DNA from: a virus
Lineage: Duplodnaviria > Heunggongvirae > Uroviricota > Caudoviricetes
IMG/VR virus record: IMGVR_UViG_3300026980_000004
Direction: 5' to 3' (one strand)
DNA length: 64,000 nucleotides
A program made the position numbers and the translations under genes. The notes beneath the pieces were generated by a model. That model had not been told where the DNA came from. It did no database searches and worked only from the letters and a program-made list of their open reading frames with translations. Below are positions 50,212 to 60,053 of the stretch, in pieces; within the stretch, counting starts at the first letter, position 1, and each line of letters opens with the position of its first letter.

Positions 50212-50214
50212 CAC
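50204..50214 (+). promoter_or_regulatory. Short hairpin downstream of VR (GTGC-GTA-GCAC), candidate homing/target-recognition element
   Basis: 4-bp stem with GNA loop overlapping the target stop; the position matches DGR post-IMH hairpins, but the stem is short. Confidence 0.45.
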
Positions 50215-50275
50215 GAGCGAAAACGGAAGGAAAATTTTTTTTCATAAAATTATTGTTTTTTAAAATAAAACCTAT

Positions 50276-50283
50276 TACATTTG
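50276..50283 (+). promoter_or_regulatory. Bacteroidota-type -7 element TAnnTTTG upstream of TR-RT
   Basis: TACATTTG; the same motif occurs at 31664, 34950, 37775, 38518 and 52151 upstream of non-structural genes. Confidence 0.5.
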
Positions 50284-50309
50284 TAATGTTAATTAAAGGA
50301 TATGTTATG

Positions 50310-50422
50310 GGGCCTTGAACGTTGGTGGTAATGCGAATAATGGCGTTAATGCGGGTTTGCTGAACTCGAATTCGAATAACGCCCCCTCGAATACGAACAC
50401 GAATGTCGGTGCCCGTCTTTGC
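50310..50422 (+). repeat. DGR template repeat (TR), 113 nt
   Basis: 12 AAY and 2 ACG codons in the VR frame; no start codon in that frame. Confidence 0.95.
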
Positions 50423-50536
50423 AAGTAAAATAATTAAAATTTATAACATATTCCTTACCTCTTGGTAAAAAAACACGAATATTAAAATATCTTATTGGTA
50501 GGTTAAATTTCGAAGATAAGATTTTATGAAGCAAAA

Positions 50537-51766
50537 ATGAAAAGATATGGTAATTTATATGAAAAGGTTTGGCATATAAAAAATTTAATTGAAGCAGATA
50601 AGAAAGCTAGGAGTGGTAAAAAAAATAAATCAATAAGAGAATTTGATAAAAGTAGAGGTTGTAATTTAATTACATTACAAAATATTTTAATAAACAATGA
50701 ATATAATACATCAGTTTATAAAACATTTAAAATATTTGAGCCAAAAGAAAGAATAATTTCAAAATTACCATATTATCCAGACAGAATAATTCATCACGCA
50801 ATTATAAATATTTTGGATAATATTTGGATTAAGCAATTTAATTCAGATGTTTATGGAAATATAAAAGGAAGGGGAATTCATAAAGCATTATATAAAATTA
50901 AGGATGATTTAAAAGATATTGATGGTACAAAATATTGTTTAAAATTTGATATAAAAAAATATTATCCATCTGTTAATAATTCGATTTTAAAAAATATTAT
51001 ACGACATAAGATAAAAGACAATAAATTATTAAGATTATTAGATAATATAATTGATAGTTCACAAGGAATTCCGATAGGAAATTATTTATCACAATATTTT
51101 GCTAATTTATATTTATCTAAGTTTGATAATTATATTAAACATAATTTAAAAATCAAATATTATTATAGATATGTTGATGATATAATAATATTAAATAATA
51201 ATAAAGTTGAGCTACATAAAATATTTAAATTAATTAAAGAATATATTGATGTTAATTTAAAATTAATAATAAAAAATAATCATCAGATTTTTCCAATAAA
51301 TAAAAGAAACATTGATTTTGTTGGATATGTTATAAATAGAGATTATATTAGAATAAGAAAAAAAATAAAAAAATCCTTCATAAAATCATCAACATCAAAC
51401 AATAGATCATCAATATATTCATATTTAGGTTGGTTAAAACATGCAGATTCAAAAAACTTAATTAAAAAATATTTAGATATGAAAAAATTTTCAGAATTTA
51501 AAATAGATAATAAATTAAAATTCAATGGAGATAAAATATCTATAAATGATATTTTGAATAAAAAAATATCAATACATCGATATTCAATATCAGAAAGTAA
51601 ATATAATGGAAACTATCTAACAATACAAATAGAAATCGATAATAAAGATATGGTAATTTTCACTGGTTCAAATAATTTAATTCAAGTGATCAAACAAGTT
51701 AAAAATGAAAATTTTCCATTTGAAACAATAATAAAGAAAAAATATAAACAATATATATTTACATAA
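50537..51766 (+). CDS. DGR reverse transcriptase with ~95-aa C-terminal extension
   Basis: YYPDRIIHHAI, FDIKKYYPSV, GIPIGNYLSQYFANLYL, YVDD, IDFVGY. Confidence 0.93.
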   Translation: MKRYGNLYEKVWHIKNLIEADKKARSGKKNKSIREFDKSRGCNLITLQNILINNEYNTSVYKTFKIFEPKERIISKLPYYPDRIIHHAIINILDNIWIKQFNSDVYGNIKGRGIHKALYKIKDDLKDIDGTKYCLKFDIKKYYPSVNNSILKNIIRHKIKDNKLLRLLDNIIDSSQGIPIGNYLSQYFANLYLSKFDNYIKHNLKIKYYYRYVDDIIILNNNKVELHKIFKLIKEYIDVNLKLIIKNNHQIFPINKRNIDFVGYVINRDYIRIRKKIKKSFIKSSTSNNRSSIYSYLGWLKHADSKNLIKKYLDMKKFSEFKIDNKLKFNGDKISINDILNKKISIHRYSISESKYNGNYLTIQIEIDNKDMVIFTGSNNLIQVIKQVKNENFPFETIIKKKYKQYIFT

Positions 51767-51803
51767 ACTGTGAATATATAAAAGTTAAGTATTTATATAT
51801 AAC

Positions 51804-52079
51804 ATGAATATATTGCAAAAATCAAATCGTGTACACAATCCACCTCCAATAATTGAAAGATTATCACAATTACACAGTTATTATAATTTTAATATAATTA
51901 AAACAAATCGTGAGGATGATAATGGTATAAAATATGATCATTATGAATATAATCAAATTTGGTTAGATAACCCAGTCACAAGAGAGAAAATAAAAAATAC
52001 AATGATAAAAGTTGGATTAGGTGATCAAACATATATTGATATGGTTGACAGTGATTGCAATAAGCTCGGAATTGATTAA
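51804..52079 (+). CDS. Small hypothetical protein after the DGR RT
   Basis: 91 aa; upstream GTATTTATA. Confidence 0.6.
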   Translation: MNILQKSNRVHNPPPIIERLSQLHSYYNFNIIKTNREDDNGIKYDHYEYNQIWLDNPVTREKIKNTMIKVGLGDQTYIDMVDSDCNKLGID

Positions 52080-52101
52080 AATAATATAATTTAGATAGTT
52101 G

Positions 52102-52129
52102 AAACCACATATTTTTATGTGGTTTTTTT
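52102..52129 (+). terminator. Intrinsic terminator closing the DGR region
   Basis: AAACCACATA-TTTT-TATGTGGTTT 10-bp stem plus T tract. Confidence 0.7.
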
Positions 52130-52190
52130 GTTTTTAAGGATATTTTTGGATAGTTTTGTAGGACTATTAACAATAATATAAAATTCACAG

Positions 52191-55100
52191 ATGTTTAAAA
52201 AATCACTAGAGCAAGAAAATATTTTTGAAGAGATTAAAAATGGTACGGGTAATGTGTTAGTAAATGCTAAAGCTGGTACAGGTAAATGTTTGGGGTATGA
52301 TACTGATGTTATTTTATTTAGTGGGGATAGGGTAAAAGTACAGGATATAAAGGTTGGTGATAAATTGATGGGTGATAATGGGGAACCTAGAAATGTATTA
52401 TCGGTAAGTAGGGGTCGGGGTAAACTGTATAAGGTGATTATACCCTTAACTAATGAATATTTTATTTGTAATGAAGATCATATTTTAACATGTACAAATC
52501 ACACCTCTAAAATCAGACCATTAGATATATCATTAACAGATATTTTTTCACAATATAGAAAGAGTAATATAAATAATCACGATACTTATAAGGGGTTATA
52601 TTTATACAGGTATATTCCAGATTTTAATATTATTAAAGATACTAAATATTATAGGATTGGGTATTATTTTTTTGATGAGCAAAAAAAATATAATACCACA
52701 ATAAAAAATGCTTTAAAGAATAGATTATTAATTTTATCTGCAATTGTTGACAGGTATTGTATTCCACAAAAGCATACGATATTATTAAGACATAACTTTA
52801 GAAATCATAAAAATTTTGAGTTATTTAAATCATTGGTAAGAAGTTGTGGTTTTGAATATGACAAGAAATTAAATTTAATTGATGGGGATTTCAGTAAATT
52901 ATCATTAAAAAACGAAGAATTTTTACAATATTTAGATAAATCATTAAAATCCAATATTTTAATTAAGAAATTTCGTATTGAAGAATATTCAGATGATGGT
53001 GATTATTATGGATTTACACTAGATGGTAATGGTAGATTTTTGGTTAATGATTTTATTGTAACCCATAATACAACGACTATTGTAAATAGTCTGGAATATA
53101 TTCCGAGTGATAAGAGTATTATGATGCTTGCATTCAATAAGCACATTGCAAAGGAATTATCAACAAGGGTTCCAAATCGAGAAGGATTAAGAATATCTAC
53201 AACACATGCATTGGGATGGGGTGCTATCAAAAGAAAACATAAGGATGCGATATTGGATGATGATAAAGCATATAAGGTTATACGCAGAAAATTGGCAAGA
53301 TGGAATACAGATTGGGTTGATAATATTGATAGATATGTTAATGACATAAAAAAAATGGTTGATTTATGTAGGGTAACATTAACAACCAGAAGGGAATATG
53401 TATTAAGATTGGCAGAAAATCATAGTATTACAATTACTGATGAAGATGCGAGAAGGATTTTATCGGTGATGGAAGAAATGTATAATGATAGAAAAACATT
53501 TGATTTTGTCGATATGGTATATATTCCAGCCATTGATAATAAAATTTGGTTATTTCCTAATGATTATGTATTTGTGGATGAGTGTGTTAGTGGTGAGCAT
53601 AATTTATTACTTAAAAATGATAAATATATTACTATAAAAGAATTATATGAAAAACATGTTGACGAAAATGGTAATATAAAAGATAAGGATGAATTACCTG
53701 ATGTTTTAAGTCTTGATGTTGAAAAAAACCATACAACATATAAGAAAATTTTAAATATTGTTAAAAAAGGAAAGAGAAAACTTAAACAAACTAAATTAAA
53801 TTATATCCATAGTTGTTATACGACTGAATCACATTTATTTTACACAACAGAGGGTTGGAGAGAACAAAAGGATCTGAAGAAGGGTGATTTGGTTATTGCG
53901 AATGAATATAACCCATTAATGACATCAATATTGCCAACAGATCAACAATTAGATTTTATATATGGGTTTATGTTAACATTTGGTTTATTAAATGAAAAAA
54001 ATAATAGTTATAAATTTAGGATGTATGTGAGACACAATGAGAATAGAAAAGCTACTTTTATTAATAGTATTATTCCATTATATAAAAGATATAGCAATGA
54101 TAAATTAAAACTAAATGAATATGTAACATATAAGTTTTATATCAATTCTGAAATTTTCAATAAGGAAGATATTATTAAAAATTTAACATTTAAACAATTG
54201 GCAATAACATATATTGGTGGTTGTAAATATTTTGATGATATTGAAAGGTATGGTTTTTATTTGTCGGTTAATACATTTGATGAGATTGTATATGCAAAAG
54301 AGTTGTTTGAACAAAGGTTTAATATGATATTTGATATTAAACATCATAGAAAGGGATCATATTTGGTTCCTAAAAATCAGGATTGGTTTTTTGAAAATAT
54401 TTCAGAATATTTACCATTATTTATGAAAAAATATGTACCAGAAAAATTCCATAGTATAATGGGAAAAGAACATTATAGAAAGAATTTAAAACATACATAT
54501 TGTACAATGGTAACGAATTTGTATGATGTTAAGGGTGAACATGATGTATATGATCTTGAAGTAAAAAACACAAATACGTTTTTCTTATCACATTATAATA
54601 AAACATCGACAATAGAAAAAAGAAAAAAATATCGTTTAGGTTATTTAGTTCATAATTGTCAGGATTATAACAGAGCACAACAATTTATTTTAAATAAGGT
54701 TGTTAAGAAGGATACTGGCAGATTGATATCTTTTGGGGATGAAAGTCAGGCAATCTATGGTTTTAATGGGTCTGGAACTGATTCATTTAATTGGTTTAGA
54801 AATAAAGATAATACGACTGAATTACCTTTAACAACATCATATAGGTGTGCAAAAAGAATTATTGAATATGCACAAAATATTGTACCAAATATTAGATATA
54901 AACACGATGCCGAAGATGGTGAGGTTATTAATGGTTCAGTACTTGAGTTAGCAAAAGCAGGTGATTTTGTATTGGCAAGAAAAAATAAACCATTGGTTGT
55001 TTTATTGTTTGATTTATTAAGGCAAAATAAGATGGCAACAATTAGAGGTAATGATATTGGTTTAAAATTGGCAAATACAATTAAAGAATATAAAACAATA

Positions 55101-55505
55101 CCAGAATTAAATGAGGGCTTGGTTAGAAAATTAAATGAAATGAGAGATTATTTGTTAAATACAGTAGGAGTTGTTGATTTTAATCAAGATCCAAGATATA
55201 TTAATTTGGAAGATAATATAGAAATTATCAGATATTTAATGAATAATTCAAGTTCAATTGAAAGAATATTAGAAAAACTAAAATATATATTCACCGATAA
55301 ACCAGAGGGTATTATATTATCAACAGTACATAAATCAAAAGGATTGGAAGCTGATAGGGTTTTTATTATAAGACCAGATGAAATTAGATTAAAAACACCA
55401 ATACCTGAAATGGCAATTCAAGAAAAACATTTAGAATATATTGCTATTACAAGAGCAAAAAAATCACTAGTTTTGGATACTGAATGGACTGACGAAAGAG
55501 ATTAA
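52191..55505 (+). CDS. UvrD/Rep-like SF1 helicase precursor with two inteins (about 485 aa spliced)
   Basis: Spliced motifs AKAGTGK|TTT and VFVDE|CQD; FGDESQAIYGFNG, LTTSYRC, LSTVHKSKGLEADRV, YIAITRAK. Confidence 0.9.
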   Translation: MFKKSLEQENIFEEIKNGTGNVLVNAKAGTGKCLGYDTDVILFSGDRVKVQDIKVGDKLMGDNGEPRNVLSVSRGRGKLYKVIIPLTNEYFICNEDHILTCTNHTSKIRPLDISLTDIFSQYRKSNINNHDTYKGLYLYRYIPDFNIIKDTKYYRIGYYFFDEQKKYNTTIKNALKNRLLILSAIVDRYCIPQKHTILLRHNFRNHKNFELFKSLVRSCGFEYDKKLNLIDGDFSKLSLKNEEFLQYLDKSLKSNILIKKFRIEEYSDDGDYYGFTLDGNGRFLVNDFIVTHNTTTIVNSLEYIPSDKSIMMLAFNKHIAKELSTRVPNREGLRISTTHALGWGAIKRKHKDAILDDDKAYKVIRRKLARWNTDWVDNIDRYVNDIKKMVDLCRVTLTTRREYVLRLAENHSITITDEDARRILSVMEEMYNDRKTFDFVDMVYIPAIDNKIWLFPNDYVFVDECVSGEHNLLLKNDKYITIKELYEKHVDENGNIKDKDELPDVLSLDVEKNHTTYKKILNIVKKGKRKLKQTKLNYIHSCYTTESHLFYTTEGWREQKDLKKGDLVIANEYNPLMTSILPTDQQLDFIYGFMLTFGLLNEKNNSYKFRMYVRHNENRKATFINSIIPLYKRYSNDKLKLNEYVTYKFYINSEIFNKEDIIKNLTFKQLAITYIGGCKYFDDIERYGFYLSVNTFDEIVYAKELFEQRFNMIFDIKHHRKGSYLVPKNQDWFFENISEYLPLFMKKYVPEKFHSIMGKEHYRKNLKHTYCTMVTNLYDVKGEHDVYDLEVKNTNTFFLSHYNKTSTIEKRKKYRLGYLVHNCQDYNRAQQFILNKVVKKDTGRLISFGDESQAIYGFNGSGTDSFNWFRNKDNTTELPLTTSYRCAKRIIEYAQNIVPNIRYKHDAEDGEVINGSVLELAKAGDFVLARKNKPLVVLLFDLLRQNKMATIRGNDIGLKLANTIKEYKTIPELNEGLVRKLNEMRDYLLNTVGVVDFNQDPRYINLEDNIEIIRYLMNNSSSIERILEKLKYIFTDKPEGIILSTVHKSKGLEADRVFIIRPDEIRLKTPIPEMAIQEKHLEYIAITRAKKSLVLDTEWTDERD
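52287..53069 (+). mobile_element. Intein 1 (261 aa) in Walker A
   Basis: Starts CLGYDT, ends YYGFTLDGNGRFLVNDFIVTHN, +1 Thr. Confidence 0.9.
53583..54656 (+). mobile_element. Intein 2 (358 aa) in Walker B
   Basis: Starts CVSGEH, VYDLEVKNTNTFFL, ends LVHN, +1 Cys. Confidence 0.9.
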
Positions 55506-55535
55506 AAATAAAAATTAACATTAAATAAATTAAAT

Positions 55536-56045
55536 ATGTTTGACGAAGTAATTATAGATTTTTCATATATTGATAAATATTTTGACATGATTATGTCAAA
55601 AATTAAAACAACAGGTACTATTACCATGTTTAATGGTATCGAAAATTTAGTTTTTTTTCTAGAAAAAAAAGAGGATAAAATTCAAATATATTATTATGAT
55701 GTTGTGGAAAATGAAAACATATACATTGAATATAATGATTTAGTTGGTGAGTTTATGGAATTGTTTAAAAATTCTATGGGTACAATTAACATAATGTATA
55801 GGGTATATGTTGGTCAATATAATAAAAATACAGATGGTGAATTTAGAGAACTATGGGGTGATATATTATTTATCGATCAAGATGATTTTTCATTAAAAAG
55901 CCATAATATATCATCAGATAAATTATCTAATGCAATGATTAATATTAACTTGACCGAAGAAGAAATAAAATACTTTGGCAAACCAGAGGAATATGTCTTT
56001 ATGGATGATAATGGTGATATTATAATGGGGCTTGATTTAATTTAG
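55536..56045 (+). CDS. Hypothetical protein
   Basis: 169 aa ORF. Confidence 0.6.
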   Translation: MFDEVIIDFSYIDKYFDMIMSKIKTTGTITMFNGIENLVFFLEKKEDKIQIYYYDVVENENIYIEYNDLVGEFMELFKNSMGTINIMYRVYVGQYNKNTDGEFRELWGDILFIDQDDFSLKSHNISSDKLSNAMININLTEEEIKYFGKPEEYVFMDDNGDIIMGLDLI

Positions 56046-56078
56046 AAATAGTATTTATGTTTATAAAACTAAACATAA

Positions 56079-57197
56079 ATGGCAACCATTATATCAAAAA
56101 GGGATAAGGAAGAATTATACACAAAGGTAAAACACCAATTAGGTTATCCGATAAATGTTTTCGAACTTAAAGATGAAATGCTTGATAGCTATTTAAAAAT
56201 AGCATTAGAAGATTATTCATCATACATTAATAATTGGTTGATAGAACAACAATGGTCAACTTTACAGGGTGTTGGTACTACACCAGAAGAAATCACATTT
56301 GCATTAACAACAAAATCAAATGATTTTGAAAGATCATTTACATATGCATATTCAAAACAAGTTGGATTGGGTGCAGGTGTAAAAGGCGAGGGATGGGAAC
56401 TAAAAAAAGATTATGTAACAATTGTTAAAGATCAACAAGTATATACAATTCCAAAAGATAGGGAAGTAAATGAGGTATTATGGTTTACACCACCAATGTT
56501 GGATCAGGGAATTATAGATCCTTTTGCTACAACAAACTGGGGTGCCTCATCATTTGGTTGGCAATTTATGGGTAGACCAGCCCAATATATGCAACCCACC
56601 TACTCAATATTATTATCAGCACAAGATAGGTCATTTAAAAGAAGATTAGTACAATCAGATTTAACATATAGAATAACTGGTGGTCCTAATGGTACCAAAT
56701 TATTATATTTATACCCATTACCTGGTTCTAGATGGGAGATTACGGGTAGAGAGGGTAAACACTTAGAGGGTGCAAAAGTATGGTATTTTTATTATGATAC
56801 ATCAAAAGAATCTAGAAAAAAGTGTTTAAAACAGAATGAAGATGTTGTTAAATTACCATCAGATGTTAAAATAGATAACCTAACATGGGATAAATTAAAT
56901 ACCGTTGCACAAACAAGAGTTAGAAAATTATTTCAAGCCGAAGTTTTAATGGGTATTGGTAAAATTAGAGGATTTTTTAGTGGTGATATTAATCTACCCG
57001 ATGTATCTGTTACTATGGATTATAGAATGCTTTTAGATAGAGGTGAAGCACTTAAAGAAGAAATAATAACAGAAACTAAAGACTCATTGGAAAAAATGAG
57101 TTACAAACAATTAATGGAAGACAGAGCAAATATTGCCGAAAATCTAAATACAACACTCGGATTCCAAGCAATGCCATTTCCTATTATTAAATTCTAA
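56079..57197 (+). CDS. Neck protein (T4 gp13-like head-tail adaptor)
   Basis: N-terminal VKHQLGYPINVFEL.DE.LD.YL..ALEDY pattern; near gp14-like and gp15-like genes. Confidence 0.6.
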   Translation: MATIISKRDKEELYTKVKHQLGYPINVFELKDEMLDSYLKIALEDYSSYINNWLIEQQWSTLQGVGTTPEEITFALTTKSNDFERSFTYAYSKQVGLGAGVKGEGWELKKDYVTIVKDQQVYTIPKDREVNEVLWFTPPMLDQGIIDPFATTNWGASSFGWQFMGRPAQYMQPTYSILLSAQDRSFKRRLVQSDLTYRITGGPNGTKLLYLYPLPGSRWEITGREGKHLEGAKVWYFYYDTSKESRKKCLKQNEDVVKLPSDVKIDNLTWDKLNTVAQTRVRKLFQAEVLMGIGKIRGFFSGDINLPDVSVTMDYRMLLDRGEALKEEIITETKDSLEKMSYKQLMEDRANIAENLNTTLGFQAMPFPIIKF

Positions 57198-57203
57198 ATA
57201 GCT

Positions 57204-58781
57204 ATGGATATCAATAAAATAATAAAAGAAATATTAAACGAAGTTAGATATCTAGATACTAAAGCATATAACATACCAAAAGAAAAACCAATTAAAGATA
57301 CTGAAACTATTAGAGTTTATCATGGATTTTATTCATTTGATACGGCACTTGAAGTAATTGGTAAAGGTTTATCTGGTAAAGAAAAAGCAAGACGAATTTA
57401 CTCATATGAATCGGGAAATAACCCATATGGGCTTTTTGTTACAACTGATTTTAAAGTTGCCGATAACTTTGCATCATCTGGTATTATTATTGAATTTACC
57501 ACTAAAGTAAGTGATCTAGAGGCACCAGTATGGGTCGATGGTAGAAGTTATTTTGTTCAAGGTGAATATACAAAATCATTTAAAGATTTAAGTGATAGGG
57601 AAAAACAAAGACTAATAAATAGACAAAAAGCTGGCGAATCACCTTACGATACAATATCTAAATCAGATAGACCAGAACTTGCAGATACTTTATTTGATAA
57701 CCCAGAAAGACAAGCATTATATATAGGGGATTTAAACCCAAATATGATTAAAAGAGTTTGGTATTCTGAAAGTAGACATAAAGAAAGAAGATATGGACCT
57801 TGGGAAAAATATTCAGTAAAACAATTTATATCTAAAAATAAAATAGATTTAAATAAAAATAAGAAAAGAATTAATTTCAAACCAAATGATGATTTTACAA
57901 TTGAAAAATTTAGTTCTTTTTTAGATGACGATAAAAGATCATTGAATGCATATATCGATCAAATAATTTATGATATTGATAATGATTATACGTTATCTAA
58001 TTATGGGTTTTGGCCAAAACAAATAAAACAAATAAGAGATTTACATAAAAAGGGTTATTTTGATAAATATTTAAATGAGGGTATAAATTTTTTATCAATA
58101 AAAAAAATAATAAAAGAAGAATCGATAAAAAAAATACCACCAACTAAATTTTCAAATGAAAAAATAGTTGAGGATATTATAGAATATTTATATAATAATA
58201 ATGAATATAATATAAAAAATGGTTTCATAAAAAGTGAAGATTATAATGACAACGATAATAAGATAAAAAAAATTAATATACATGGAAAATATGGTGGACC
58301 ATATACAGATAATAAATTTTCAATATATCCAAATATTAGTTTTTTAATTATCGGATCAAAAAATAATTACAATATTGAGAATATCGAAATTTTAGATGAT
58401 GGACATGGATTATATAAAGATATAAAAAATAAAAATGGTTATCATAATCAAAAATTGAAACCATTTGATAAAAATTTTTATAATATATTAAAAAGGGAAA
58501 TAATTAGTAATTTTAGATTTGATAATAAAAACAATAAATTTACAAAATCGAAACAAAACATTAATGATGATTATCCAATTGAATGGGATTTAAAACCCAA
58601 TAACTATAGAATGGATGAAGGATATGTTAGATATATCGAAAAATTAGCAAAAATGGATTCAAATATGTTTAGAAGAAATAAAATATTAAAACATATAAAT
58701 AGAATTAGAAAACAAAATTATTATACAACAATAGAAATGTATTATTATTTTGAAGATTATAGAAAAGGTAATATAAAATAA
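57204..58781 (+). CDS. Multidomain protein with ADP-ribosyltransferase-like N-terminal domain
   Basis: IRVYHG...YGLFVTTDFKVADNF; N-terminal IIKEILNE and internal LNEG..IIKEE motifs. Confidence 0.5.
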   Translation: MDINKIIKEILNEVRYLDTKAYNIPKEKPIKDTETIRVYHGFYSFDTALEVIGKGLSGKEKARRIYSYESGNNPYGLFVTTDFKVADNFASSGIIIEFTTKVSDLEAPVWVDGRSYFVQGEYTKSFKDLSDREKQRLINRQKAGESPYDTISKSDRPELADTLFDNPERQALYIGDLNPNMIKRVWYSESRHKERRYGPWEKYSVKQFISKNKIDLNKNKKRINFKPNDDFTIEKFSSFLDDDKRSLNAYIDQIIYDIDNDYTLSNYGFWPKQIKQIRDLHKKGYFDKYLNEGINFLSIKKIIKEESIKKIPPTKFSNEKIVEDIIEYLYNNNEYNIKNGFIKSEDYNDNDNKIKKINIHGKYGGPYTDNKFSIYPNISFLIIGSKNNYNIENIEILDDGHGLYKDIKNKNGYHNQKLKPFDKNFYNILKREIISNFRFDNKNNKFTKSKQNINDDYPIEWDLKPNNYRMDEGYVRYIEKLAKMDSNMFRRNKILKHINRIRKQNYYTTIEMYYYFEDYRKGNIK

Positions 58782-58790
58782 AAAAATAAT

Positions 58791-59093
58791 ATGAAATACT
58801 GGATCGTACAATCAAAATTTTTTACAGAAATTATACTGGGTGTTAGAGGTATAGTCTTATACCCATTTGTTTTTGTAAATGATAAAACAAATAAAAGATT
58901 GGTAAATCACGAACTAATACACATAGAACAAATAAAAGACTGTGGTGTGCTGAAATTCTATATACTATATCTTTGGTACTGGATAAAATTAGGATTTAAA
59001 TATAGAGAAAATCCATTCGAAATTGAAGCATTTGATAATGATAATGATTTCGATTATATTAAAAATAGAAAACCAAAAAAATGGAAATTTTAA
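58791..59093 (+). CDS. HExxH motif protein (putative Zn metallopeptidase)
   Basis: LVNHELIHIEQ...NPFEIEAF. Confidence 0.6.
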   Translation: MKYWIVQSKFFTEIILGVRGIVLYPFVFVNDKTNKRLVNHELIHIEQIKDCGVLKFYILYLWYWIKLGFKYRENPFEIEAFDNDNDFDYIKNRKPKKWKF

Positions 59094-59117
59094 ATATTTA
59101 ATATACTATTTATAGAT

Positions 59118-59642
59118 ATGAATAAGAAATCTCAGTCAGAGGAAAATAGTAGAGTAAATTTGTTTTATAGTGACTCTAGAATAGAATTAGAATCAACATA
59201 TAGTAGATTTTATTTAAAAAGAGATTTAAATCAAGAAATTACCTTATATAGAGTTTCGTATAACGAAACCAAGAAAAAAAATATATATGGTGAAACAAAA
59301 GCAAAGGATAAGGTATTTCAAACACCAATAAATTTAACAGCAATGGTTAATTTGGGTGATTCTGAACATGAATATGTTGGTGAGGGGGGGATTAGAAGAG
59401 AAGATGTAACAACAGTTATTGTTGGGGTATTTTTGGATGAATTAAAAGAAAAAAACATAGAAATTAATGCGGGTGATTATTTCAGATATAATCCAGATGG
59501 TGAGAGGTTTAGATATTTTGAAATAACAAATCCTAATTATGTTAATTATTCAACGGGACAAACTCTTGCGGGCATTAAACCATTATATAAAAGATTTACT
59601 GCAAGACCAGTACGTGAAGATGAAATTGAATTATTTAATTAA
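59118..59642 (+). CDS. Head-closure protein (T4 gp14-like)
   Basis: ITLYRVS...NIYGE...F.TPINL; context between neck and tail terminator. Confidence 0.5.
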   Translation: MNKKSQSEENSRVNLFYSDSRIELESTYSRFYLKRDLNQEITLYRVSYNETKKKNIYGETKAKDKVFQTPINLTAMVNLGDSEHEYVGEGGIRREDVTTVIVGVFLDELKEKNIEINAGDYFRYNPDGERFRYFEITNPNYVNYSTGQTLAGIKPLYKRFTARPVREDEIELFN

Positions 59643-59648
59643 AATTAG

Positions 59649-60053
59649 ATGAAAAAAATAATATTCATATTCTATTTTTTTTTATTATTTAGTTTTAAAA
59701 CCAATGCACAATCATATGCGAATGAAATCCCGTATATTAATTGGGTTCAACAATATCAATCTGTCAACTGTAATCCATCTTTTTATTGGTCTGTAACAAG
59801 AACGAATATATATAATAAATCAAATCAAGAATTATATAGAATATATTTTTTAAGTAATTCTAGATACTGTAATGGATCTTGGGCTGGTACATATATTAGT
59901 GGTATAAATATCTTTGTTAACGGAGAATTAATTAATAAAAATGGAAAGTATTGGGTGGTATTTAAAGATATTTACCATAATTCAGCATTTTCTTTTTGGT
60001 CATATCCAAATCCAAAAATAATATTAACTTGGGATAATGTTACAATAAACTAA
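59649..60053 (+). CDS. Secreted hypothetical protein
   Basis: MKKIIFIFYFFLLFSFKTNAQ signal peptide of Bacteroidota style. Confidence 0.6.
   Translation: MKKIIFIFYFFLLFSFKTNAQSYANEIPYINWVQQYQSVNCNPSFYWSVTRTNIYNKSNQELYRIYFLSNSRYCNGSWAGTYISGINIFVNGELINKNGKYWVVFKDIYHNSAFSFWSYPNPKIILTWDNVTIN

Larger units (their letters stand above)
48802..51766 (+). mobile_element. Diversity-generating retroelement (target-VR, TR, RT)
   Basis: VR/TR pair differing at TR adenines, adjacent to a DGR-type RT. Confidence 0.95.

Noticed and set aside
50346-50534. Minus-strand 62-aa ORF as avd
   Set aside because: It is antisense to the TR/spacer RNA, too short, and lacks the helical basic character of Avd
50537-51766. 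Retron, group II intron or Abi-type RT
   Set aside because: The adjacent VR/TR pair with adenine-specific differences and the SQ-type motif identify it as a DGR RT
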